A stretch of DNA of 64,000 nucleotides, from positions 1 through 64,000 of IMG/VR virus record IMGVR_UViG_3300050122_000130; one strand, written 5' to 3'. The notes under the pieces were generated by a model. That model was not told the DNA's origin. It worked only from the letters and a program-made list of their open reading frames with translations, and searched no databases. This DNA comes from a virus. The position numbers and the translations under genes were made by a program. How positions within the stretch are numbered: position 1 is the first letter of the stretch; each line of letters opens with the position of its first letter. This document shows, piece by piece, positions 53,519-61,591 of this stretch.

Positions 53519-53716
53519 ATGAAACTCACCCAATCCCACCTCTTCAAAGCCGGGGCACGCCTTTGGCGGACTGGCTACTGCACTCCAGCCGAAGTCCGCG
53601 CGTGGGGAGCTACCCTTACCGCAGCTCAGCTCGCTAATGTCATGGCCGGTTACACGGCCGAAAAGAAACTGTCCAGCCGCGGCTCGCGCGCTGGTCGTCC
53701 CCTTGGAAAGGCTTGA
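53519..53716 (+). CDS. hypothetical protein
   Basis: GGAGG RBS; first gene of the plus-strand island. Confidence 0.6.
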   Translation: MKLTQSHLFKAGARLWRTGYCTPAEVRAWGATLTAAQLANVMAGYTAEKKLSSRGSRAGRPLGKA

Positions 53717-53720
53717 TCCT

Positions 53721-54170
53721 ATGAACAACCGCTTCACCGAACTTCTAGCCATATTCGAGAGCGATGCTTCGAACCGCTCGCTCGAGATCAGCGGCAAGCG
53801 CCGCGACACTGTGATCGAGGCGCTGCGCGTCGCAGCGGCTTCTATCCTCGCCCCAATCGAGAATGCCAGCGATATCGAAAAGAAGATCGCAGGCAAACTC
53901 ATCACCGACGTTCTGGCTGCCGGCTATTCCGTCTCGGTCTGGAATGGCGGCGACGATGCCGAGATCAAACTGTCCTCCGACGCTGAGACGATCTTTAAGG
54001 CGATGGCTGCTTCGGATCAGGACGAGCTCGTCATCTTCAAGAACAACCGCCGGTGCGGTTGGATCAGGCTTGTGTATGGCAATGACGTCGACATCATTAG
54101 CGATTACACCACCAACCTAGAAACTGTCTTGGCCGGCGCTAACGCGCTTGCCAACGAACTCGATAGCTAA
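53721..54170 (+). CDS. hypothetical early-type phage protein
   Basis: GYSVSV..G..GWI.LVYGN..D.ISDY. Confidence 0.75.
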   Translation: MNNRFTELLAIFESDASNRSLEISGKRRDTVIEALRVAAASILAPIENASDIEKKIAGKLITDVLAAGYSVSVWNGGDDAEIKLSSDAETIFKAMAASDQDELVIFKNNRRCGWIRLVYGNDVDIISDYTTNLETVLAGANALANELDS

Positions 54171-54292
54171 AATCCCGCAACCGACAATTGGAGGAAGCCA
54201 AATGTCCCTACTGAATTTTGCCTTACTGATTTCACCGCTCGCTGCGATTGGCGCGCTCGCCATGCTGTTCGTCGTCATCGCGGTGCACTGAC

Positions 54293-54475
54293 ATGACGAA
54301 GATCGACATTCGCTACGCCGACAAGAATTTCCTCGAAGCAATGGCGCTGTCACTTGCTCGCGATATCGATCGCGGCGAAACTGACAAGCGTCCTCTTCTC
54401 GAGCAGGTACTTGCTCAAATTCCAAACGCGGCCGATTACGTCATCGACCATAGACAATCGGGATATCGCCGATGA
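54293..54475 (+). CDS. hypothetical protein
   Basis: ATGA coupling on both sides. Confidence 0.5.
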   Translation: MTKIDIRYADKNFLEAMALSLARDIDRGETDKRPLLEQVLAQIPNAADYVIDHRQSGYRR

Positions 54476-54894
54476 CGGCTCAGATCACAGCTCCCGACCG
54501 AGCCTTGAAGTTCATGCTTGCCGGTAAAGCCACTTTCACCGTGCGCAGCGAGAAAACCGGCGAACACCTGACCTATCAGGTGCGCGAGTGGAAAAAATCC
54601 AGATACGGCACGATGCATTTCGTGAGCGTGCGGACCGGTAACGACTACGCGAAGATCGGTCTGCTACGCCATGGCTGCGATTTCAGCAGCGGTCGCAAGG
54701 CCGATCTTCCTTTCGACGACGCTCGAGTCCGTGCCTTTCGCTATGTGCTTGGCCATCTACTGCAGAAGAATCTACCGCCAAAGGCCGCGATCTGGCACGA
54801 AGGCGCGTGCGGCCGGTGCGGCAAACCTCTTACGGATCCAACCAGCATCGCTGCTGGCTTGGGGCCTGAATGCCGAAAGAAGATGGAGCCATGA
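54472..54894 (+). CDS. DUF6011-like zinc-finger protein
   Basis: AG.ATFT..S.KTG.H.TY; CGRCGKPLTDP.SI..GLGPEC. Confidence 0.85.
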   Translation: MTAQITAPDRALKFMLAGKATFTVRSEKTGEHLTYQVREWKKSRYGTMHFVSVRTGNDYAKIGLLRHGCDFSSGRKADLPFDDARVRAFRYVLGHLLQKNLPPKAAIWHEGACGRCGKPLTDPTSIAAGLGPECRKKMEP

Positions 54895-55445
54895 AATTGC
54901 AGACACCCTGCCCAACGTGCGCCGGCATGAAAGATCAGCGCTCGGTCCAATGCCGAGAGTGCCGTGATCGACCTGAAGCCGTATCTCGTACCTGCACTAA
55001 ATGCAAAAAGGCAAAGCCTCTCGATCAATTCAGGATCAGGACGCGCAAGACCCCGCGCCCTCGTTCAGTTTGCATGAAATGCGAGGCCGCATACACCCGC
55101 TCGCTTCGACAGTCACTGCCCATTGAGGAGAGACGACGCCGAAAAGTCCTCGCCAGCGCAAAGGAAAAACTCTCTCCAAAATACCGCGCTCGGCTACTCA
55201 GAACTTCCATCAAACTGCTCGGGCTCGACTCCGAAAAAGACTTAATCTTGGCTGCGCTAGAAAAACAAAAAGTCTGCGCAATCTGCCACAATGCGCCGCG
55301 CGGAAGACTTCGCATCGATCACAACCACAGCACCGGAAAATATCGGGGTCTGCTGTGCGATAACTGCAACATCGGTCTCGGACACTTCAAGGATTCGCCA
55401 GAGCTATTGCGCAAGGCAATCCGCTATCTAAAGGAACGCACCTGA
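54891..55445 (+). CDS. endonuclease VII-family HNH nuclease
   Basis: CAIC..L.IDHNH.TGK.RGLLC..CN.GLG.FKD. Confidence 0.9.
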   Translation: MKLQTPCPTCAGMKDQRSVQCRECRDRPEAVSRTCTKCKKAKPLDQFRIRTRKTPRPRSVCMKCEAAYTRSLRQSLPIEERRRRKVLASAKEKLSPKYRARLLRTSIKLLGLDSEKDLILAALEKQKVCAICHNAPRGRLRIDHNHSTGKYRGLLCDNCNIGLGHFKDSPELLRKAIRYLKERT

Positions 55446-55684
55446 TGCCTAAGCCCCTCACGAAACCGCCGCTCTATCGTCTCACACTCACGATGGACGC
55501 AGTCAAAGCCGCGGTATGCGGCCCTAACAAAAAACTATTTAAGCCGTCTCGAAGCGCGCTCAGACTCGACGGCCGTATCGACGTCGGCATCAGCTTCGGT
55601 CTACTGGACCAACTCCAGACCGCAGCACTCCCGAAAGAAAATCTTTCGGATACCGTGCTCCGTATCATGGCGCCGAAGTCGTGA
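55445..55684 (+). CDS. hypothetical protein
   Basis: TGATG coupling; E.LSD.VLR.M ending. Confidence 0.55.
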   Translation: MPKPLTKPPLYRLTLTMDAVKAAVCGPNKKLFKPSRSALRLDGRIDVGISFGLLDQLQTAALPKENLSDTVLRIMAPKS

Positions 55685-55846
55685 ATGATCTCGCTGACGT
55701 ATCCCGCAATCTGGCTCAGGCGATGGCAGAACATCGCCGGGCGCTTGCTGACGAAAACAAGAACGCATCGAAATTCACCAGGAACGCGATCAAGATCTTC
55801 CTCTGGGATCATCGCGACGACATTGTCGAGGCATTGTCTATCGCCA

Positions 55847-57112
55847 CTAAGCGGCAACCTTGGATCGCTCTTTCTCAATCTGATCGAACGTCTTCTTCGA
55901 ACCCTGTAGCGTTGCCTTCTGACCTGAAAATTTCATCCAGCGACGAACGCACAGATCCACATACGGAGGATTGAGCTCGCACGCGAGACAAACGCGGCCG
56001 GTAGTCTCGGCCGCGATAATCATCGTACCACTGCCGCAGTACGGTTCGAACACGGCATCACCGCCGTCCGAGTAAAGCCGCAGGATCCTGTTCAGCAGCT
56101 CGACGGGCTTCGCCCATGGCACCGGCCGATCCCAATGGCCGGTCGAGAACAGTTTGCTGTAATCCTCCTGCTCGAGGCCGCGCCGCGGCGCCAGATTGCC
56201 GATCAACACCACGTAATCCAGATCAGGCATCAGGTGTCCGTTGTGCGCCGGCGCCGGATATTTCCGATGCAGCACCGCAACGTCCCAATTCAGCTTTTTC
56301 TCACGCGCCAGGTCCAGGTAATCGGCGAGCAGCCGCTTCGAGGTGAAGATCACGTTGGTCTCGCGCAGCGGCACTAGCTCGGAGACTTTGAAGTCGCCCA
56401 AACTGGCTTCAGCGATCTTTTGTCCACGGCGAATATGCGTTGTCTTCCCATGAAGACCGCCACCCTGCGTTTCTAGGCTATACGGCGGATCGGTCGCCAT
56501 CAGCTTAGGAACATCATCCCCGAGCAGCTTCTTTACCACCTTCGCGTCTGTCGCGTCGCCGCAGATCAGCCGATGCTTGCCCATCACCCAGACATCGCCA
56601 GGCTTCGAGATCGCCGGTGCCAGGTCAGGCAGATCGTCCGGCGTGCCATTGCCGGCGCTGCCGCCGACGAACGTCGCCAGGCGCACGTTGCTGAACCCGG
56701 TCAGATGCAGCGGATAATCCAACTTCGCGAGCGTCGTGAGGCCCACGCGCAGTAGCTTATTGTCAAACCCTGTCATCGCTGGCAGCGAGTTGTCGCTGAT
56801 AACCACGGCCCATTTCTGCGCCGGCGAGAGGCCCTTGCGCATGATCGTCGGGACTTGGGTCAGGTCCGCCTTGCGCGCAGCGAGGTGCCGACCGTGGCCC
56901 TTCAGGATCGTGTTGTTCTCGTCGACCAGGATGGGCTGATCGAAACCGAATTCCTTGATGTTCGCCGCAATCGCCGCGACCTGCTCCGGAGTGTGGATCT
57001 TCGGATTGTTCGGGAACGCGACGAGATCTTCGACTTTGCGCAGGACAATTTCGTCCGCGGTGAATTTCAGAACGGCATCGACCGTCCTGCGCTTTGTCGA
57101 AGGCTTCGCCAT
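55847..57112 (-). CDS. ParB-N domain plus N6/N4 DNA methyltransferase
   Basis: NPK.H..FGF.QPILVD..GHGR; TDPPY; KPVELL; EPYCGSGT. Confidence 0.9.
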   Translation of the reverse strand: MAKPSTKRRTVDAVLKFTADEIVLRKVEDLVAFPNNPKIHTPEQVAAIAANIKEFGFDQPILVDENNTILKGHGRHLAARKADLTQVPTIMRKGLSPAQKWAVVISDNSLPAMTGFDNKLLRVGLTTLAKLDYPLHLTGFSNVRLATFVGGSAGNGTPDDLPDLAPAISKPGDVWVMGKHRLICGDATDAKVVKKLLGDDVPKLMATDPPYSLETQGGGLHGKTTHIRRGQKIAEASLGDFKVSELVPLRETNVIFTSKRLLADYLDLAREKKLNWDVAVLHRKYPAPAHNGHLMPDLDYVVLIGNLAPRRGLEQEDYSKLFSTGHWDRPVPWAKPVELLNRILRLYSDGGDAVFEPYCGSGTMIIAAETTGRVCLACELNPPYVDLCVRRWMKFSGQKATLQGSKKTFDQIEKERSKVAA

Positions 57113-57366
57113 TACGCGGTGGGAGCGGCCGGAGTCGTGTTGGCGGGAATCGCGGGCGCCAAAGCGGCGGCCGACGACTGAAGATCCTGCACCGCCTGGA
57201 TCAGAGCGGCCTTGTCTTCCGGCGTATCGCCGGCGTTCGCGATCTGCGTCTGGAGCGCGGTGATCTGCGCGGACAGACCGGACAGCGCCGCAGCGGCCGC
57301 TGCCTCGATGCTCTTCTGAGCGGTGACTTGCGCAACGAGCGCTTGGGCTTCTGCTGTAAGGGCCAT
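57112..57366 (-). CDS. Ala/Gln-rich coiled-coil small protein
   Basis: AAGGAG RBS; TAATG coupling. Confidence 0.75.
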   Translation of the reverse strand: MALTAEAQALVAQVTAQKSIEAAAAAALSGLSAQITALQTQIANAGDTPEDKAALIQAVQDLQSSAAALAPAIPANTTPAAPTA

Positions 57367-57570
57367 GAGTAATCTCCTTGTTTCGTTCTGGTTGCTGATG
57401 ATCAGCGAGCGGAGACTCGTGGGCCATTTGATGTTGAACATCCGCACGCCCTCACTAATGCTTGGAACAGTGACGCCGTTCCCTGCGGTCCAGAAACGTT
57501 GACGGTAATCCGTGTTGCAATTTTTGTAAAAGTGCCGGAACCGCTGTCTTCGAAACCGAACGGTAAACTC

Positions 57571-57966
57571 TCAGCGGCTTGCGGCCGCAACCTGCCTTGA
57601 ACCATCGCGGCGCTTGGTCAGCAAGCCGCGTTTCTCAGCCCAGAGTTTGATACGGTGTCGCATCTTGCGCCAGGCCGTCGTATCAATCGAGCTGTCCTGG
57701 TCGATCAGACTGCCATGTCGATCGAACAGATGATTGTGCCAGGCTTCCGAATTCGCGGCCGCCACGTCCTTTAGCATTTCACCGTCGAGCTCCACGAGCT
57801 CGAGGCGGTCCTCGATCCTGCTTGCCCTCATTGAGAGCGTTTTCGAATCGGCGAAGCCGCCCTGCTTCTGCATATGCTCGATCTGCCAGACCGCGTTCTT
57901 GAGACCAGCCTCCAGGGTAACTATCCGCTGCTCCTGGGAGAGCTGGGGCTTCTTGTCGTCCGCCAT
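57571..57966 (-). CDS. hypothetical coiled-coil protein, first gene of the late unit
   Basis: GAAGG RBS. Confidence 0.65.
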   Translation of the reverse strand: MADDKKPQLSQEQRIVTLEAGLKNAVWQIEHMQKQGGFADSKTLSMRASRIEDRLELVELDGEMLKDVAAANSEAWHNHLFDRHGSLIDQDSSIDTTAWRKMRHRIKLWAEKRGLLTKRRDGSRQVAAASR

Positions 57967-57981
57967 GTGATGCCTTCAGAA

Positions 57982-58018
57982 ACAACGAAACCCGGCACCT
58001 GGGGGAGGGTGCCGGGCT
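57982..58018 (-). terminator. leader terminator
   Basis: GCCCGGCACC-CTCCCCCA-GGTGCCGGGT followed by TTCGTTGTTT. Confidence 0.7.
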
Positions 58019-58075
58019 TGCGCCGGGATGGGAAACTTGCTGGTCGACCCAATACCCCTTTCGGGGCTCGCACGC

Positions 58076-58176
58076 GGATGAGTGTCGCAAACTGTAGCGG
58101 TGTCAATCCCCATTTCCGCCACTATTGACCAAAATCGGATACAAAAACCGGGTACATAGGGGTACGAAGTGGGTAC
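58076..58176 (-). promoter_or_regulatory. putative late promoter with upstream phased repeats
   Basis: TTGACA at 58106-58101 with a weak -10; GTACCC three times at 10/11-bp spacing upstream. Confidence 0.5.
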
Positions 58177-58341
58177 GCGGACTATCAAAAAATGATGCAA
58201 ATATAATATGTTAACATTTTTCGTATCCTGTTCGTGCGACTTTTTTGAAAAAATGGCCGAACTTTTACCAATCCCATGCCTGTAGAAGGCCAATTGCCGG
58301 GCCTACGAGCGCCACCGGCGCGTCTATTCCGAATCGGCCTA

Positions 58342-58746
58342 TCAGACGCCAGCCTCGAAGACAGGCACGCCCGCGGCCCGCGCTTGCGCCACCATGTTCG
58401 CGGTTCCGTCGTGGCCTGGGAATGCAACGACGCGGTCCGGCCTGCCCTCGGTCAGCATCCGCTTGTTCCGGATCGGACCGCCTCCACGGCCCTTTCGCCA
58501 GTCCGCCTTGAAGACCTGGACGGAGATGCCCTTACGCACCGCCCAGGCGCCGGCGAGACTGTCGGCGCCTTTGGCGCCTCCGTGGATCAGCACCGAGATC
58601 GGTTCCTTGGCGTGCAGGCAGTCCAGCGTCTCGTTGACAAAGAACGCCTCTCTGCTCGACCGTTCAAGCCAATAGCGCGTTTGATCGAGGGGATAGCCAT
58701 CTGGCATCACGCCGTATCCGCGGCCGCCGCACACGAGCAAACGCAT
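58342..58746 (-). CDS. SLOG-family (YspA/DUF2493-like) protein
   Basis: VCGGR..IHGGAKGAD..GPIRN..M..AFPG..GT.NM. Confidence 0.9.
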   Translation of the reverse strand: MRLLVCGGRGYGVMPDGYPLDQTRYWLERSSREAFFVNETLDCLHAKEPISVLIHGGAKGADSLAGAWAVRKGISVQVFKADWRKGRGGGPIRNKRMLTEGRPDRVVAFPGHDGTANMVAQARAAGVPVFEAGV

Positions 58747-59189
58747 CAGAAGGGAATCTCGTCGTCGACCGAAGTCCCTCCGCCGGCATCGGAAGTTTTG
58801 GCGGTACCGTAATCGTCTTCGCTCGGCGCTCCGCGACCACCTCCGGAGGACGTCAGGTTCAGCAGCTTCGATCCGAACCCGCTCAGCACCACGTCCGTCG
58901 AGTAATGCGTGGCCCCGTCTTTTTCGTATTTCCGGGTTTTCTGCTTTCCCTCGACGTAGACCTTCATGCCCTTCTTGAGATACTTCTCGGCGTACTCGAC
59001 CGATTGCTTGTCGAAGATCACCACCCGATGCCAGTCGGTCTGCTCCTTGCGCTCTCCGGTCGTCTTATCGCGCCAGCTCTCGCTGGTCGCCACCGATAGC
59101 CGAACCACCTTGCGATCGCCGGTACCGTTGATATCCGGATCCTGACCGAGATTTCCGATCAGTACCACCAAGTTGACTGAGCCAGCCAT
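58746..59189 (-). CDS. ssb: single-stranded DNA-binding protein
   Basis: SVN.V.LIGNLG.DP..ATSESW..WHRVV; DDEIPF tail. Confidence 0.95.
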   Translation of the reverse strand: MAGSVNLVVLIGNLGQDPDINGTGDRKVVRLSVATSESWRDKTTGERKEQTDWHRVVIFDKQSVEYAEKYLKKGMKVYVEGKQKTRKYEKDGATHYSTDVVLSGFGSKLLNLTSSGGGRGAPSEDDYGTAKTSDAGGGTSVDDEIPF

Positions 59190-59190
59190 T

Positions 59191-59595
59191 TCACCCTCCG
59201 CGCACATGAAGCCGGATCACTTCGATCGCGGCGTGATCATTGCCGGTCAACCCCCATAGCACGAGGGCCAGCAGGAAAGGATCGATACGATACATCGACC
59301 AGAAGTTCTTTTCCGATCCCATGCTGTGCTGCTGGTCGTGGTGCACTCGACAACCAGGAAGCGTCCACCGATCGTCAGACTTTCGCTGGCCGCCGGTTTC
59401 CTCTTTGCCATGCAATAGGCTGCTGGTGCGGATATGCATCGGATCTTCAGCGGTCTTGAGAATGCCCTTCGTCGCACAACATATGCACGGCAATCCCTTG
59501 ATGAAGTCCAGGTGCGATCGCTTCTGCACGCGAGGCGTGCGCTCAGGCTTCAGCCTCGATCCCCATCCGCCTTCTGGAATGATACGAGATGCCAT
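59191..59595 (-). CDS. DUF968/Ref-like HNH nuclease
   Basis: HL.FI..LPC.CC..H..K.DD..TLP.C..HH.QQH. Confidence 0.8.
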   Translation of the reverse strand: MASRIIPEGGWGSRLKPERTPRVQKRSHLDFIKGLPCICCATKGILKTAEDPMHIRTSSLLHGKEETGGQRKSDDRWTLPGCRVHHDQQHSMGSEKNFWSMYRIDPFLLALVLWGLTGNDHAAIEVIRLHVRGG

Positions 59596-60026
59596 TAGCT
59601 AAAATCGACTCCATCCCAACTTTGATCTTTCACGATGAGGTCAATAGCTTTGACAACTCCGTCGTAATTGAAGTTTTTGCAGATGGACTGCAACTCCTTC
59701 AATCGATTGACCATCCGCGCATTGCGCTCCATCGATTGCTGAAGTTGCTTGGCGTACGACGCCATCGATCTACCGGTTGCGGTATCCTTCGGCGCCCACG
59801 CATGAATGTCTTTCACCGCGAAGGTGCGCATATCGTCTTTCGCGACGTCGTAAGCATCGAGAAGCCACTGCTCCTCCGGATGCCATTCCGTTGAACCAAA
59901 TCTAAAAGCACCTTGGGTCAAAGGAACAATCTCTCGGATAGAGCGCACGCCAGCATGATTCGTGTAATCGATCCGAACGTTACCGGGCTTGAATGGTAGA
60001 TCGCTCAATGCCGTATCTCCTTGCAT
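59595..60026 (-). CDS. stand-alone WYL-domain protein
   Basis: IDYTN..G..S.R.I.P..FGSTEWHPE.QWLL.A.D..K...RTF. Confidence 0.8.
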   Translation of the reverse strand: MQGDTALSDLPFKPGNVRIDYTNHAGVRSIREIVPLTQGAFRFGSTEWHPEEQWLLDAYDVAKDDMRTFAVKDIHAWAPKDTATGRSMASYAKQLQQSMERNARMVNRLKELQSICKNFNYDGVVKAIDLIVKDQSWDGVDFS

Positions 60027-60265
60027 GGCAACGTGATCGTGCGCGGGTCATCGGCGCGGCCGGCGACGGTGATTAGTGCAGTGAAATTGCATTTTCTGCA
60101 GCGGACGGAATAGGTGCCGCACCGAGGCGCCGGATAACTCAGGTTGAAGCAACAAGACTTGGCGCCGGGCGGAGCACAATTGGCGTCAATGCCGTTCGGA
60201 TATTTCGGATTCGCTGGCTGCGTCGCAGTGCGACCGCTATCGTTGAACTTGATATCAATCGTCAT
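60005..60265 (-). CDS. small Cys-rich protein
   Basis: YPAPRCG...CRKC..TVAGR.DDP. Confidence 0.65.
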   Translation of the reverse strand: MTIDIKFNDSGRTATQPANPKYPNGIDANCAPPGAKSCCFNLSYPAPRCGTYSVRCRKCNFTALITVAGRADDPRTITLPCKEIRH

Positions 60266-60558
60266 TCCGGCTTCTCCCGCGGCATATAATAAAACGGTGG
60301 CATCTCGTCTCCCGGCTTCAAGGGATGTATACCGGCGACGCGCTCAGCCCACAGCATGCCCTCAACTCGATCCAGACAGGCACCATATCGTTCCCAATTT
60401 CCAGTAGCCGCATTCAATGCTGACGGGTAAGCGGCATATCCGAAATCTTCGATGCGTGCGATATGTCGACCATCGTCGGTGACATACTCGTCGCATTCTT
60501 GATAGTTTGGATTTGGCACCCAGCCAGCCACTATTCGATTCCTGTTTTTATAAAACAA
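60262..60558 (-). CDS. hypothetical protein
   Basis: ATGA coupling downstream; start uncertain. Confidence 0.55.
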   Translation of the reverse strand: MFYKNRNRIVAGWVPNPNYQECDEYVTDDGRHIARIEDFGYAAYPSALNAATGNWERYGACLDRVEGMLWAERVAGIHPLKPGDEMPPFYYMPREKPE

Positions 60559-60743
60559 TCGTCACAAACGATGCCTGTGTCGTCAGCAGGCACATCCGGA
60601 TTTCGCGCGAAATGCTCAGCCATCGCCACGTCGTCTGGCCTGCCTTTGGTAAAGACGCCAAGACAGATCCAGCATCGATACTCGTTCGTCGGTGCCAGCC
60701 GACTATTTTCAGCAACAAGCCACTCGTCCGATACAACGATCAT
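60531..60743 (-). CDS. small zinc-binding protein
   Basis: CWIC...CDDC; ATGA coupling. Confidence 0.6.
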   Translation of the reverse strand: MIVVSDEWLVAENSRLAPTNEYRCWICLGVFTKGRPDDVAMAEHFARNPDVPADDTGIVCDDCFIKTGIE

Positions 60744-61585
60744 GTGGGTGCTTTCCCATCTTTGATGAGACCCTCGACAATGAGCTGCACGGCTTCCTTG
60801 CGATCGCGATAGAATGTCTGCCGCTGCACGCCGATGTCGGCGCATTTCTTGGTGATCTTCGCGCCCCACGCGCGCCACATGGCGCCGAGATTCAGGAAAC
60901 CAGCCAGATCCGGATCATGGTCGTTTAGATAATCCATTGCCCAACCGAGCGCGTCTTCGGCCCGCCGGACTTCCTCTGTGCTCGGCACACCCTTGAAGCG
61001 GTGCGCGATCGCGTTGCGGAGAGACTTGTTGCCGGCCTGGTGCACCAAGTCGGAAACCTCGCGGACAATCTCCGGCATGGCATTGCCGAATTCCCGCGGT
61101 CGGACGCCGGATATACTAGATCGAAACAGGGTGCGGTAGGCTTCCTCCATCCGCGCTTCTACGAGCTCCGGCGTCCACTTCTCGCCGCGCACCGCTTCGG
61201 TCGCCGTGCGCTCCTGCTCTCGTTCGGCCCGCCGGCGAAGCAACACACCTTCGTCGATCGGAACGACGGCGCCAGCGAATGATTCGTGCTGATCTGCTTC
61301 GAGGCGCAAAGCCTGCATTTTTTCGTCGACATCGCCGAGGTGTGCCTTCATGTCTTCCGGCAGTGGTGCCATTACATCGTCATGGTCGATATCGGCTTTG
61401 TCTCCTGTGTTCGTTATCGGCCAGTCCCGGCCTTCCACCAATCTGAACTTGATCCGTTTTTTGTGCTTGCTGAGGGTCTTCATTTCCGTCTGAAGTTCCA
61501 GACGACGACGCTTTCGATCTTCTAGGATTTCCTTCGTGTGATCGATCGGCTTTGTAGCCATGCTGCTCAACCCTTGCATTTCCAT
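60740..61585 (-). CDS. putative late-gene regulator (DUF6362-like, C-terminal HTH)
   Basis: WTPELVEAR.EEA..TL; P..EE..R.E.AL.W; C.DIGVQR.TFYR; Q-like position. Confidence 0.6.
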   Translation of the reverse strand: MEMQGLSSMATKPIDHTKEILEDRKRRRLELQTEMKTLSKHKKRIKFRLVEGRDWPITNTGDKADIDHDDVMAPLPEDMKAHLGDVDEKMQALRLEADQHESFAGAVVPIDEGVLLRRRAEREQERTATEAVRGEKWTPELVEARMEEAYRTLFRSSISGVRPREFGNAMPEIVREVSDLVHQAGNKSLRNAIAHRFKGVPSTEEVRRAEDALGWAMDYLNDHDPDLAGFLNLGAMWRAWGAKITKKCADIGVQRQTFYRDRKEAVQLIVEGLIKDGKAPT

Positions 61586-61591
61586 TGCCTC

